This document shows, piece after piece, positions 18,284-32,770 of a DNA stretch of 64,000 nucleotides (positions are counted from its first letter, which is position 1; the number at the start of each line of letters is the position of its first letter). The stretch is from the NCBI GenBank assembly GCA_963796685.1, contig CAWCMR010000025.1:32001-96000 (forward strand), written 5' to 3'. The notes under the pieces were generated by a model. It searched no databases. It was not told where the DNA came from and saw only the letters and a list, made by a program, of their open reading frames with translations. The stretch comes from an uncultured delta proteobacterium. Lineage in GTDB: Bacteria; Myxococcota_A; Polyangia; Fen-1088. Both the position numbers and the translations under genes were made by a program.

Positions 18284-19608
18284 CCCCAGACGAGCTCAAA
18301 CAGAAGGTCGGAACCCTTGTCGTCGTCATGATGGAGAATCGATCGTTCGACAATGTCCTCGGGTACTTGCGCCACCCCGAGGGAGGAAATCGGCCCGAGG
18401 TCGAGGGCATCGAGGACTTTCAGAACGATCGCTACGTCAACAAGAACACGGATGGACTCGCCCGACGACCCTCCTGGAGGACCGACGCCCCCTTCGTGAG
18501 CGACTTGCCGCACAACTCGGGTGGCGTCCGCGAACAGCTCAGTTGGTCCCCGTTGGCGAAGACCCATTTGATGGACGGGTTCGTGCGAGCCTTCGAGGAT
18601 CAGTGCCATAGCATCGTCGACGATCCGCCCGTGATGGGGCTGCTGCAAGCGAAGGATCTTCCGACGACCGCTCCGCTGGCGGAGCAGTACACGGTCTGCG
18701 ACAACTGGTTTGCCTGCGTTCCGACGTCGACAGCGCCGAACCGCCTCATGTCGATGTGCGGTGCCACGCCCCTGGCAGAGACGGGCGTTCTGCTACCCGA
18801 TCAGCAGACCGTGTACGACTGGCTGCTCGGGCACAACGTGCGATGGCGCGTCTACGCCGCCGGACTTCCCTTCTTCGCGCTCATGCCGCGCATGGCGCCA
18901 CTCGTGCTGACGGGACACTTCAAACGGCTCTCGGACCTCGAAAAGGACGTCATGGAAGAGCCGGTCGGCGATTGGCCCCAGGTCATCTTCATCGAGCCGG
19001 ACTACTATGACTGCCCTGTGCACTTCCACCCGCCGTGCGACAATCATGCCCCTCTCGCGATGGCGCCCGGGGAGTCCTTCGTCAGGGAGGTGTATCAAAG
19101 TCTGACCGCGAACCTCGACAAGTGGTCGCGCAGCGTCTTCGTTCTCACGTACGATGAGCACGGGGGGCTGTTCGATCATGTTCCTCCGTTGCCGATCACG
19201 TACCGGCATCCGAATGGCGTCTCGTTCGACACCACGGGGCCCCGAACCCCTACCATCATCGGCGGGCCGTTCGCGCCCAAGCGAGGCGTGTGCAAGCGCC
19301 CCCTCGACAACACCTCGATTCTGCAGCTATTGGCCGAGACTTTCGGCTCGCCGGGCGAATCCTACTCGTCGGAAGTCCTGGGCAGAAGCCAGCAGGGGAT
19401 AGAGAGCTTGTCGGTCGTCCTGGATGCCGCCGCCGGGAACACCGAGATCTGCACGATGGGTAGTGGCACAGGCGCGGCCGCGCCAGGCAGCGTGCCCGAA
19501 TCCGACCTGCGCAAGGCCTTCGATGGCGCGATACGGGCGCTCGCGGCAAGGCATCAGACGGAAGCCATGCTCAAGTACCCCGAGCTGCGCGGCTACTTGA
19601 AGAGATGA
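18280..19608 (+). CDS. Phosphoesterase family protein (phospholipase C / acid phosphatase-like)
   Basis: VVMMENRSFD, DNWF, PNR, TYDEHGGLFDHVPP. Confidence 0.93.
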   Translation: MTPDELKQKVGTLVVVMMENRSFDNVLGYLRHPEGGNRPEVEGIEDFQNDRYVNKNTDGLARRPSWRTDAPFVSDLPHNSGGVREQLSWSPLAKTHLMDGFVRAFEDQCHSIVDDPPVMGLLQAKDLPTTAPLAEQYTVCDNWFACVPTSTAPNRLMSMCGATPLAETGVLLPDQQTVYDWLLGHNVRWRVYAAGLPFFALMPRMAPLVLTGHFKRLSDLEKDVMEEPVGDWPQVIFIEPDYYDCPVHFHPPCDNHAPLAMAPGESFVREVYQSLTANLDKWSRSVFVLTYDEHGGLFDHVPPLPITYRHPNGVSFDTTGPRTPTIIGGPFAPKRGVCKRPLDNTSILQLLAETFGSPGESYSSEVLGRSQQGIESLSVVLDAAAGNTEICTMGSGTGAAAPGSVPESDLRKAFDGAIRALAARHQTEAMLKYPELRGYLKR

Positions 19609-19638
19609 TAGGGGCAGTTCCTCGCCGACGGAGAAGGT

Positions 19639-21213
19639 TCAAAGGTCTTCCTCCTCCGAGGTCGACTTTGCCAGGGAGGCCAGACGCGCATCCACGGACG
19701 CGCTCAATTCATGCGCTACCTTGCTGCCGATCAGCCCGTGTCGCGCGGCCTGTGCAATCGCGCTTCTTTCCACCAGGGCCAGATAGCGCCGAAGTCGCGC
19801 CAGGGTCTCGTCGCGCAGCCCGGCCTCTTCGCGGTAGAGGCGCCCCAGGTCGGCCTCCGCGGAGCGCAGGATGGACTGGTATTCCTCTCTGACGATGGCG
19901 ACGATTTCCGGCGCCACGGCGTGGGTACGCGCGGCCTGATCAAGACGGTCGAGGGCGGCCTGGACGGCGACCAGTTGCCCTCGCCGAAGATCGTAGGCAC
20001 GCCGGTCGGCCACGGCGCGGACCACGCCCAGCCAGCGCAAGAGCGGCGCCATGGTCAGCCCCTGGGCGAAGATCGACACGATCACCACCCCGAAGGTCAG
20101 GCTCACCAAGATCTCGCGGTGGGGAAAATCCTTGGCCAAGGAGAGGGCCAAGACCATCGAGAGCGCGCCGCGCAGTCCGCCCCAGGTTAGCACCACCGCC
20201 CAGCGCCACGGAATCTTCTCGCGCGAGCGCCCTAGGGCCGCCGAGACGATCGCGATCACGACCGCGCGCCCGAGGGTCAGGGCGACGAAAGCCACCAGGA
20301 TCGGCTTCCAGACCGCGACCACGGCACGAAGCTGGACCTCGAATCCGATGAGCAAAAAGACCAAGGAGTTGAGGGCGAAGGCCAGGTATTCCCAGAAGGT
20401 CTCGACCGCCAGGCGCGTCGACGGGCTCATCCCGCTCTTCGCGGCGTAGTTTCCACACAGCATTCCCGCGGTCACGGTCGCGATGACACCGGAGACATGC
20501 AAGTGCTCTGCGGTCACGAACGAGCCGTAGGCGGCAAGCGTGGTCAGGGTGATCTCGATCATCGCTTCGTCGACGCGTCGGATGACCTGGGACACCGCCA
20601 TCCCCAGGATTCCGCCCACGAGAAGCCCGCCCCCGACCACGCCCACGAACTCGCGCGTGGCGCCCGCGACGGAGGCGCCCTGCCCCGAGGCGATGGCCAG
20701 AATGATCCCGAAGAAGACCACGGAGGTTCCATCGTTGAGCAGGCTCTCGCCTTCGATGAGCACCCCGAGCCGGGTCGGCACACCCAGGGTTTTGAACATC
20801 GCGATCACGGCGATGGGATCGGTTGCCGCCAGGAGAGCGGCGAACACGAGGCCGTGGATGAATCGGAAGTCCTGCACGAAATGGAGCGCTCCCACCGCCG
20901 GGGTCAAGAGCGCCGCGGTCACCGCAATGGAGGCGACCACCCCGGGAACCGCGAGCGACACGATCGCGACCTTGCTCCGCCAGAAGCGGGAGAAGTCGAG
21001 GTGAAAGGCGGCCTCGAAGAGCAGCCCGGGCAGGAAGACCGCGAAGAGCAGCTCCTTCGTGAGGTGAGGCGGCATGAGGACGTGCGTGGTTCCGAGCAGG
21101 AGCCCGGCCAGGACCAGGCCGACGGTGTAGGGAACGAGCAACTTGCGCACGAGGAGAGCGACCACGGTCGCCACCGCGAACAGCACGACCACGATGACGT
21201 CTATGTTCTGCAT
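19639..21213 (-). CDS. CPA1 family Na+/H+ antiporter
   Basis: FLPGLLFEAA, ATDPIAV, EGESLLNDG, WGGLRGALS. Confidence 0.96.
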   Translation of the reverse strand: MQNIDVIVVVLFAVATVVALLVRKLLVPYTVGLVLAGLLLGTTHVLMPPHLTKELLFAVFLPGLLFEAAFHLDFSRFWRSKVAIVSLAVPGVVASIAVTAALLTPAVGALHFVQDFRFIHGLVFAALLAATDPIAVIAMFKTLGVPTRLGVLIEGESLLNDGTSVVFFGIILAIASGQGASVAGATREFVGVVGGGLLVGGILGMAVSQVIRRVDEAMIEITLTTLAAYGSFVTAEHLHVSGVIATVTAGMLCGNYAAKSGMSPSTRLAVETFWEYLAFALNSLVFLLIGFEVQLRAVVAVWKPILVAFVALTLGRAVVIAIVSAALGRSREKIPWRWAVVLTWGGLRGALSMVLALSLAKDFPHREILVSLTFGVVIVSIFAQGLTMAPLLRWLGVVRAVADRRAYDLRRGQLVAVQAALDRLDQAARTHAVAPEIVAIVREEYQSILRSAEADLGRLYREEAGLRDETLARLRRYLALVERSAIAQAARHGLIGSKVAHELSASVDARLASLAKSTSEEEDL

Positions 21214-21605
21214 TCGATTACCGAGGATCGCCTCAGGGTCGCTTGCCCCTGTCGTGCGATGTGCGCGCCATGGGACGAGTGTAGTGGCGAATGGCACGCA
21301 CGCAAGACCGACGGCAGGGCATGGCGATCGCGCCGATCGCGCCGTAAGGTAGAGCCTTGGGCTCAGCGGCTGGCTGCAGGCTGTGGCGCAGGAGAGAGTG
21401 GCGCAGCAGGGATGGATGCGGGACGGTGCGTTACTCTGCGCAGCAGCCAAGAGAAGCTGTCGTTGGGCCAGGAGGCTCGCCAACAGGTTGTCCAGGACTC
21501 CCTCGAGCGCAGAACTCACGCCGTGGCTGAGGAGCTTTGGAAAGGCGTGACGTAAAAGGCGGAGCTATGCGTTGGCAAGCACAATGAATTGGCTGGGTAT
21601 GGGAG

Positions 21606-22088
21606 CTACAGCGAGCGCTGCCAGTAGCCGATGTCTATCCAGCGATCGAACTTGTGGCCGATGCGCTCGAAATGGGCGACCTTCTTGAAGCCCAATTTTT
21701 CGTGCAGTCGTTCGCTCTGCGGATTGGGAAGGGCGATGCGCGCCACAGCGGTGGCAAACCCGTTCTGCTTGAGCGAGGCCAGGAGATCGGTATAGAGCAT
21801 CCTGCCGATGCCGCCGCCAACGCGGTCTTGGCGGAGGAAGATGGAAGTCTCGACGGCGAAACGGTAGCCCTCCCGCTCTTCGAAGGGCCACGCGTAGGCA
21901 TAGCCGACGATCTCGCCCGCGTGCTCGGCCACCAACCAGACGTGGCCGGGGTGTCGCTGCATGCGCGCGCAGACTTCCTCGACTGCCGGCACCTTGAACT
22001 CGAAGGTGTACGTCGTGTTCTCGACGTACGGGGCATAGACGGCTTGAATGGCTGCTCCATCCGCCGGTGTGGCTGGGCGCGTGTGCAT
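21606..22088 (-). CDS. GNAT N-acetyltransferase (Pat/YncA-like)
   Basis: GGGIGRMLY, PNPQSERLHEKLGF, GHKFDRWID. Confidence 0.95.
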   Translation of the reverse strand: MHTRPATPADGAAIQAVYAPYVENTTYTFEFKVPAVEEVCARMQRHPGHVWLVAEHAGEIVGYAYAWPFEEREGYRFAVETSIFLRQDRVGGGIGRMLYTDLLASLKQNGFATAVARIALPNPQSERLHEKLGFKKVAHFERIGHKFDRWIDIGYWQRSL

Positions 22089-22209
22089 GGTTGGTCGTCG
22101 CTATATTCGCCTGCCAGCATAGGACGACCACCAAGCGGCTGACCAGATCGATCGTTCGGCGTTGGTGTCTTGGTCGAAAAATCCGGCGTCTGCTAGTCTC
22201 GGACGTGTC

Positions 22210-23214
22210 ATGTTGAGCATTCTCTTGGGCGCAAGTGTCCATCTCCACGACCCGGGAGTCGGACATCCCGAGGCACGTGCGCGCGTCGAGCGACTTGGCA
22301 AGTGCCTTGCGGACGCAGGCTATGCCTTGCAGTCGTGCAGCCGGGAAGCCACGCGCGACGAGCTCGTCACCGTTCACGATCCGGACTACGTCGACCGGGT
22401 GCTTGCCCTGAGCGGTCGGGTGGCCGATCTCGACCCCGAGACGCGCCTCGGCCGCGATTCGGTCAAGTCTGCGCTGAATGCGGCGGGAACCGCACTCGCG
22501 CTGGCGGACGAGATGGTTGGTCAGAAGGACCGTCAGGTCTTCGCCGTGGTGAGGCCGCCCGGGCATCACGCAGAGTCGTCCTCCACGTCCGGCTACTGCG
22601 TCTTCAACAACGTCGCGCTCGCGGCCGAACGACTGCGTCGGCAAGGGATGCGCATTTGCATCCTGGATTGGGACGTCCACCACGGCAACGGAAGCGAGCG
22701 CATCTTCCTTGCGCGGTCCGACGTCCTGTTCGTTTCGATTCATTCGAACCGGCTGTTTCCACAAGACAGCGGCGATGTCACCACCGTGGGCGAAGGCGAG
22801 GGCCGCGGCACAACGGTGAACGTCCCCTTGCCGGCCGGGGCCACGTTGGCGGCTTATGCGCTCGCCACCAGGACCGTGATCCTGCCGGCCGTGCGACGCT
22901 TCCGGCCCGATGTCGTGCTGGTGAGCCTGGGGTTCGATGCGCGCGAGGGCGATCCCCAGGGAAACATGCGTTTGCGCACCGAGGACTTCGAATTCATCGG
23001 CGCTGCCATCGCTGCGGCGGGTGTGGGTTCGGCCGAAGGGAGAATCGGCATGCTCCTCGAAGGGGGCTACAACGTCGAAGCCATCGGACCATGCGGGCTC
23101 GCCGTGCTGCGCGGGCTTGCCAAGAAGCTCGACGATGGGTGCCCCGACCAAGCCACGGCAGACGAGCGTTCGAGCGTCGAAGCTGCGGTCAGAATTCACG
23201 GATTCAAAGGGTGA
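22210..23214 (+). CDS. Histone deacetylase family amidohydrolase
   Basis: HPE, RPPGHHA, GYCVFNN, DWDVHHGNG, GFD, LEGGY. Confidence 0.96.
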   Translation: MLSILLGASVHLHDPGVGHPEARARVERLGKCLADAGYALQSCSREATRDELVTVHDPDYVDRVLALSGRVADLDPETRLGRDSVKSALNAAGTALALADEMVGQKDRQVFAVVRPPGHHAESSSTSGYCVFNNVALAAERLRRQGMRICILDWDVHHGNGSERIFLARSDVLFVSIHSNRLFPQDSGDVTTVGEGEGRGTTVNVPLPAGATLAAYALATRTVILPAVRRFRPDVVLVSLGFDAREGDPQGNMRLRTEDFEFIGAAIAAAGVGSAEGRIGMLLEGGYNVEAIGPCGLAVLRGLAKKLDDGCPDQATADERSSVEAAVRIHGFKG

Positions 23215-23223
23215 TTCGAATCG

Positions 23224-23659
23224 ATGACATTCCCACAGCGACGGATCCGATATCTTGCAGCGGCGACGTTCATCGTGGCATGTAGCTCGAAAGGCGCTTC
23301 GTTGCGCCTCAGCGATGCGGCTAATGTTGCCACGGGAGGAATCGGAGCCGGTGGCGGTGGAAGTGCCGGGGCAGGCGGCGCCCGCACCCAGTGCGTTGTG
23401 CTACTGCAGCCCGGTCGACATCTGCATCATCGGGTGCAGGAGTAATGCTGATTGTCCCGCGGGGCAGGGGTGCGATGCCAGCCATGGTTGCCAGAACACC
23501 TGCGTGCCCGGTGACGGTACCTGTGCCACGGATTTCTCCTGTGGCGCGAGCGGATTCTGCGAGCGGATCAGCTGTACCGACGACAGCCAATTCTCCGTCG
23601 CCTGCGTGAAAGGCGCATGCGACGGCGCCGCCGGGACCTGCCAGTACCCGCCGGTCTGA
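23224..23659 (+). pseudogene. Cys-rich lipoprotein broken by a frameshift or internal deletion near 23385
   Basis: IVAC lipobox and Gly linker in one frame; Cys-rich domain (GCRSNADCPAGQGC) in another. Confidence 0.6.
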
Positions 23660-23797
23660 GCTGTCCCCGCGGTCCGCCTTGCGCCCGCGCCAAGTCCCGC
23701 TCACCCGCGTCGATACGCGACGCTGCCTTTCCCTGCTGCGCGGGGCAAGGCGATCCGGCCGCTGTCGCGGCCGGCGGCTCTTACACGGAGGCGCCCC

Positions 23798-27464
<3,667 letters not shown>

Positions 27465-27468
<4 letters not shown>

Positions 27469-29345
27469 CGCGCCCCCGCGAGCGGGCGCTGCCAATCGGT
27501 GCAAGTCGGCATGGCCTTGCCGAAATAGGGATTGCGGATGGGGCCGGTGGCCTGAATCCACACCGAGCCTTCCCCTTTGCCGTCCGGGTACATGGGGCAA
27601 TGGACATCTTCCAGCTTCTGGCTGTAGCCCTTGGGCACGCCGGTGTCGTGCAGCAGCTTGGACAGCGCCGCGCTCAGCGAGGCGAAGGCGCGACGGGCGT
27701 CGTCCAAGGTGTTGGCAGCGGCCAGATCGAGCGCCTTTTGCTTCACGTTCGCGGCGTCGGCGTGCTCGTGCCAGTAGTGGGGCTGGTCGGGGATCGCCAT
27801 CGCGACCAGGGCGTCGATGGCATCGACGACCTTGCGGGCCGAGACCCCCATGTTGGTGGTGGTGTCACCGGCCAGCGCCTTGCCCACGGCGAGATAGCCG
27901 TCGAGCGCCGTGGCAAGCGCCGCGTTCGCGGCATCGGGCAGGACGATGGCCACGGGCGCGGCCGCCGGGACGACCTTCGAGGCCGTGGCCTCGCCCACGG
28001 GCGTGCCCTCCATCATGCGCGCCAGGGCTTCGCGCATTCTGGCCTCGCTGTCGATGAGGAACTGACCGCTCACCACGACCTCGTCGCCGGGCTTGAGCCC
28101 GTCGAGGATCTCGACCTTGCCATCCTCGGTCTCGGCCCCCATGCGGACGGTCCGTGGCTCGAACCGCCCTCCACCCAGCGCAACGAACGCAACCTGACGC
28201 TCCCCGGTGTCGATGACCGCGGAGCGCGACACCAGCACCCGGCTTGGGGCCTCCGTGCCCTGAAACACGACCGTGGCATACATCCCGGGCTTGAGCTTCA
28301 GGCCTGGGTTGGGAAACTCCAGACGCACGTTGACCTGCCGGGTGCGTTCGTCGAGATAGGGGTAGATGTAGTCCACCTTGCCTTTGAGCTGCATCCCCGG
28401 CAGATACGTGAGCGTCATGGTCGCCGGTTGTCCGACCTTGATCTGCTGGCTCTGGTACTCGTAGACCGTGGCCATCACCCAAACGCGCGACAGGTCCGCG
28501 ATGCGATACATGGTCATCCCGGGGGTGACCTTCATGCCCTCGAAGGCCTGCTTCTCGATGACCACGCCGCTTTGTGGGCTGCTGATGATCATGCTCTTGA
28601 GGGGGTTCCCCCGTGTTTCGAGCGCGGCGATCTGCTCCCTGCTGATGTCGAAAAACGACAGCTTGGTCCGGGCCGATTCGAGAAGGTCGTTGCCCAGGCC
28701 CGCACCGGGCGAGCCCGCGCCTGTCCCAATCCGTTGCGATGCCCGGTAGGCAAGCAGGTACTCCTCCTCGGCCGAGTAGAGATCCGGCGAGTAGAGATCG
28801 AAGAGAGGCTGACCGCGTTTCACCGGCGCCCCCAGGGAATTCACGCGCAGCTTTTCGATCCAACCCGAAACCTTCAAGTTCACATCGGTGAGGCGGGTTT
28901 CGTCGTAGGTGACGATCCCCACCGTGCGGATCGAACCGGTCTCCGACCCCAGGGTGACCTTCTCGACGCGCACGCCGATGTTCTGCGAGACCACGGGATC
29001 GATGGTGACCTGGCCCGAGAACTTGGCGGGATCGAGGGGAACGAGCTTCATGCCGCAGATGGGACAGTTGCCCGGCTTGGGCTCGATGACCCAGGGGTGC
29101 ATGGCGCAGGTGTAGTAGTGGTGCCCACCGGCCTCGCCGGCCGCTTCGCTCTTCGTCCCCGACACGGCCGACCACACCTTGTGCAGCCCCATGCCGACCG
29201 GTGGCCCGATCTGTGCCCCTAGATAGAGCGTGAAGCTGACTCCGCCAATCCATAGGGCGAGGTTCTTCTTGCTCGTCCTTTGCGGGATCGGCGCGCCGGC
29301 CTTTGCGTCGGCTGGAATGGTTTCTTCGTTCTTGCTCGACATCAC
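27465..29345 (-). CDS. cusB: CusB-like periplasmic adaptor with N-terminal heavy-metal-binding domain and C-terminal DUF3347-like domain
   Basis: YTCAMHP...[11 protein letters not shown]; GQFLIDSE; HCPM...WIQ...IRNPYFG. Confidence 0.94.
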
Positions 29346-30610
29346 TTGACCCCATCTCCAACGATTTCTTCGGCAGCCACACGCGCTTCAGCGGAATCCG
29401 TCGCCGCCATCAGAGTGGTGCGTTCAAAGTTCAACAGGTCCAGCTCGGCCTGGAACAGCGACGCGAAGTCGGCACGCCCCACCCGATACGATGCGAAGGT
29501 CGCATCGAGGCTCATGCGAGCCTCCGGTATCAGTTCTTTGCGATAGGTGCGCGCCTTTTGCGCCGACCGCTTCCAGTCCGCGACGATGCCGCCGAGGTCG
29601 CCGCGCATGCGATCCAGCGCGGCAGCGCATTCTTGCGTGGTCGCCTCGGCCAGCTTCTCGTTCTGGCGCGCTTCACTTCCCCAGCGCCCATCGTAGAAAA
29701 GGGGAAGCGGCAGGGACACGCCGAGCGAGACAAAGTCCTTGCCAGGGTCCGTGCCGGCCTGCGTCCGCACGCGGTAACCGCCAAAAATCGTGATGTCGGG
29801 GTAACCCTCTCGACTCGCCCGGCGGGCCGCGCTTCGGTAGGTCTCGGCCTCGGCGGCAAACCGCTTGAACAGGGGACGGTCGCGTTCCGCTTGCTGGGCA
29901 AGTGTGGCCGCGTCCGTTGTGGGCTCTTGCACCACGGTCTGCTCGGGAGTCGGCACTTCGACGTCGATAGCCCGGTGAAGAGTGGCATTGATGGCCGCGG
30001 TCAGCGAGGCTTCGTCCCGGTCGAAGGTCTTGAGGTCATCCTTCAGCTGGTCGACCAGAACGTGGAGTCTGAGCAGCTCGTGTTGAGCACCGACGCCGGT
30101 CTCGACTTTGACGCGCACGACATCGATGAAATCGCTCACCAGTTTCACGTGCTGTCTGGTCACGTCTCGCAATTGCCGAGTCAACGCCAGTCGGTAGTAG
30201 GCGCGTCTTACGATGGCTCGTAGCTGTACCGCTTTCTCGGCCAGGCTCAGTTGCTCTTGAATCACCCGGCCTCTCGCCTCGTCTTCGCGCGCCCCGATCT
30301 TGCCAGGCCAATAGAAGGTCTGCCTCAGCATGAGCTGAATCCCGCTCATGGGGTGCTGGCCGGGCGTCGGATCGTCGATGGGCATGTTGCTGTACTCGGC
30401 CGAGAAGGTCGGGTCGAGCCAGACCCGGGCCTGGCGAACCTTCTGCTCCAAGGCTCCGACCCTGTCCCCGAGCGCCTGGAGGCTGGGGTTCACGCGAACC
30501 GCCTCGTCGCCGAGCGCGTCCGCCTGGTCCTCTTCAGCCGCGAAGCTTTGCGCCGAGAGAAGAAGGAGCGCCGTGGCGCATAGGCAGGAAAAGACATGCC
30601 ATATCCTCAT
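29342..30610 (-). CDS. TolC/CusC family outer-membrane efflux protein
   Basis: NPSL, RQTFYWPGK, YPDITI, SLPLP; operon position. Confidence 0.92.
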   Translation of the reverse strand: MRIWHVFSCLCATALLLLSAQSFAAEEDQADALGDEAVRVNPSLQALGDRVGALEQKVRQARVWLDPTFSAEYSNMPIDDPTPGQHPMSGIQLMLRQTFYWPGKIGAREDEARGRVIQEQLSLAEKAVQLRAIVRRAYYRLALTRQLRDVTRQHVKLVSDFIDVVRVKVETGVGAQHELLRLHVLVDQLKDDLKTFDRDEASLTAAINATLHRAIDVEVPTPEQTVVQEPTTDAATLAQQAERDRPLFKRFAAEAETYRSAARRASREGYPDITIFGGYRVRTQAGTDPGKDFVSLGVSLPLPLFYDGRWGSEARQNEKLAEATTQECAAALDRMRGDLGGIVADWKRSAQKARTYRKELIPEARMSLDATFASYRVGRADFASLFQAELDLLNFERTTLMAATDSAEARVAAEEIVGDGVK

Positions 30611-30664
30611 TTGCAATCCCCTTTGGCGGAACCGTAGCAGAGGGGCGTTGCCCCAGCCACGCGG

Positions 30665-31030
30665 TCACTTCACGATGATGACACCGGCGACCATGTTCAT
30701 GGCGCATGCGTACCGAATCTGTCCCGACTTGGTCGGCGTGAAGGTGACCTCGACGGGCTGGTCGAGTGGCAGCACCTTCTCGATTGCGAAGTCCTTGATG
30801 ACGAGCGTCTTGGCGCAGGTTTGGTCGGTCTTGCGCGTGACCACGAGCTTCACCGGCTGGTTGGCATTGACGTTGACCTGGGCGGGCTCGAAGCCGCCAC
30901 GTGTAACCGTGATGGCAACTGTCTGTTCGCGGGCCTGCTTGCCATCCACCGACTTGGCCAGCGCCTGCCCGCCGACAACGATCGCACCCGCGACGATGAT
31001 CGAAAGAGCACCGAGAACGCTTCTGAACAT
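30665..31030 (-). CDS. Cupredoxin-domain periplasmic protein
   Basis: GFEPAQV, TCAK, YACAMNM; RBS AGGAGG. Confidence 0.93.
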   Translation of the reverse strand: MFRSVLGALSIIVAGAIVVGGQALAKSVDGKQAREQTVAITVTRGGFEPAQVNVNANQPVKLVVTRKTDQTCAKTLVIKDFAIEKVLPLDQPVEVTFTPTKSGQIRYACAMNMVAGVIIVK

Positions 31031-31063
31031 GACGAACCTCCTGTAAGAGCGCCGGGTCATTCC

Positions 31064-31103
31064 GGCCTTCACCCCTATAGGCCGCGGGAAGGGAAGCGTG
31101 ACA
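31064..31103 (-). promoter_or_regulatory. 40-bp element (TGTCAC-N16-CCTAT..GGGGTGAAGGCC), candidate ECF promoter of the cupredoxin-cus operon
   Basis: Near-identical copy at 33956-33996 upstream of the ECF gene, same orientation. Confidence 0.8.
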
Positions 31104-31190
31104 CCCGACGAACGGTTGGGTCGTGGCGAGGCCAGCCTGCAGGGACCGGCCGCAGGCGCTGCCGCCGGGCACCCGCCATAGGACTGAGGC

Positions 31191-31733
31191 TCACTCGTGG
31201 GCGGCCCGCGAAATGAGGCGAACCTCGGTCATGGTCTCGGTCTGCACGATCAGGTAGTTGTCCATGCCTTCCAGTCGGGAATCGGTCCCTGTCCTTCTGG
31301 TCCTTCCGTAGAAGGTCGCCGAGAGCGGCACCTCGATTCCGCCCCTGACCCTGGAGGCATTCGCTCGCTCGAACTCCACCACGTAGTCGACACGTCCCGC
31401 GGCCAACAGTCTGTTGCCATCCTCCCGATTCTTCACGCGTCGAATCTGCGTCGGGCCGGACGCACAGGGAATCGACAGATCGTCGGCTGCCACGTATGCC
31501 AGCCTGTGCCCCCTGTCCACCATCTTTCCGCACGCCATCTCGTGCAAGATGGACCGAAGCCCTTGCCGGTACAGCGCCTCGTGCTTCGCCGACCAGGATG
31601 GGTCTGGCCAGTCGTCGAGCGAGCCGCAATAGTCCATCTGGATGCAATCCACGAACCGCAGCGGTGGTGCGGAGGTCGAGGCACAGGAAAGAAGACAAAG
31701 TGCGAAACAGGACAGCACAACCTTGCAAACCAT
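31191..31733 (-). CDS. Hypothetical lipoprotein
   Basis: LLSC lipobox followed by a globular sequence. Confidence 0.65.
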   Translation of the reverse strand: MVCKVVLSCFALCLLSCASTSAPPLRFVDCIQMDYCGSLDDWPDPSWSAKHEALYRQGLRSILHEMACGKMVDRGHRLAYVAADDLSIPCASGPTQIRRVKNREDGNRLLAAGRVDYVVEFERANASRVRGGIEVPLSATFYGRTRRTGTDSRLEGMDNYLIVQTETMTEVRLISRAAHE

Positions 31734-31744
31734 GGGCCCTGCAC

Positions 31745-31856
31745 TATCACACCCCATGCGACCGGACTGGCTTCCCTCGGTCGGTGGCTTATCGGTGAGA
31801 ATGAGCGCCACCGGGGCGCGCTTGACGCCGAGCGCATCGGCCAGGGGACTTTGCAT
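31745..31856 (-). pseudogene. Possible N-terminal remnant of a DUF169 protein
   Basis: MQSPLADALGVKRAPVALILTDKPP...GRMGC resembles DUF169 N-termini as I recall them; runs in frame into the lipoprotein. Confidence 0.4.
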
Positions 31857-32006
31857 GGCAGGCGCAATCTTGGCGTGGCCACGCCGTCGGCGCAAGCTGT
31901 AGCGGGACAAGGCGCGACGACGGGCAGGAGCGGAACGGGATTTGGCAAGGCAGCGACGTTTCACGCTTAGGCGAAGCTGGGGTTCGGTCCATCTCTTGGA
32001 CTCGAC

Positions 32007-32543
32007 ATGCTGGCGGGCTATCATGGCTTGGTGGCAGCGACCGAAAACGATTTTGACCTGGTGTTTGCCGCGCTGGCGAAGCGCGATGTGCGCTACTTGG
32101 TCGTGGGCGGCGTGGCGGTCGTGCTGCATGGGGTTCCGCGTTTTACCGCCGACATCGACCTCGTTGTCGCCCTCGATACGGCCAATGTCCTCGCAGCTCT
32201 GAAGGCGCTGGCAGGACTCGCCTACCAGCCACATGCACCCGTGCCGCTGCTGGACTTTGCTGATCCGTCCCTACGCCGAGACTGGATCGAGACAAAAGGG
32301 CTCACGGTCTTCAGTCTGTGGAGCCCGGATCACCCGGCCACGGAAATCGATCTATTCATCGAGGATCCTTTCCCTTTCGAAGAGGCCTTCATGCGCGCCA
32401 CACGGGTCGACCTGGGCGCGAATCACGTCACCGTGGCCAGCATTGCCGACCTCATCGAGCTGAAACGGCGAGCAGACCGGCCGATGGATCGCGAAGACAT
32501 CGCGCGCCTGCTCGCGCTGCCGGAGAGTGGAAGCCGTGGATGA
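32007..32543 (+). CDS. Nucleotidyltransferase (DUF6036-like, Pol-beta superfamily)
   Basis: YLVVGGVAVVLHG..RFTADID; LIELKRRADRPMDREDI. Confidence 0.9.
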   Translation: MLAGYHGLVAATENDFDLVFAALAKRDVRYLVVGGVAVVLHGVPRFTADIDLVVALDTANVLAALKALAGLAYQPHAPVPLLDFADPSLRRDWIETKGLTVFSLWSPDHPATEIDLFIEDPFPFEEAFMRATRVDLGANHVTVASIADLIELKRRADRPMDREDIARLLALPESGSRG

Positions 32544-32757
32544 AGCGACGAGAAAGGCAGCTTTCGCCGAGCACGCGCGCGGGCAGCAGCAAGCATGGTT
32601 GCGCTTGACCCATCGGCAGCGGCTCGATTGGCTCTGGCAGGCAAAGCTGTTCGCCGCTCGGGCATTGCGAGCGGCCGAAGAGAGGCGAGCGACCAAGGCG
32701 CCCGCCACCCCGGGCAGCACCGAAATCTCACCCCGGCATTCGAGCGAGTCGAAGTAA
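32527..32757 (+). CDS. Small helical partner of the nucleotidyltransferase
   Basis: QAWLRLTHRQRLDWL; overlaps the NTase stop. Confidence 0.7.
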   Translation: MEAVDEATRKAAFAEHARGQQQAWLRLTHRQRLDWLWQAKLFAARALRAAEERRATKAPATPGSTEISPRHSSESK

Positions 32758-32770
32758 CTTTGGCCGAATG

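Noticed and set aside
21230-21560. Possible gene remnant between the antiporter and the GNAT
   Set aside because: No recognisable motif, start codon or RBS
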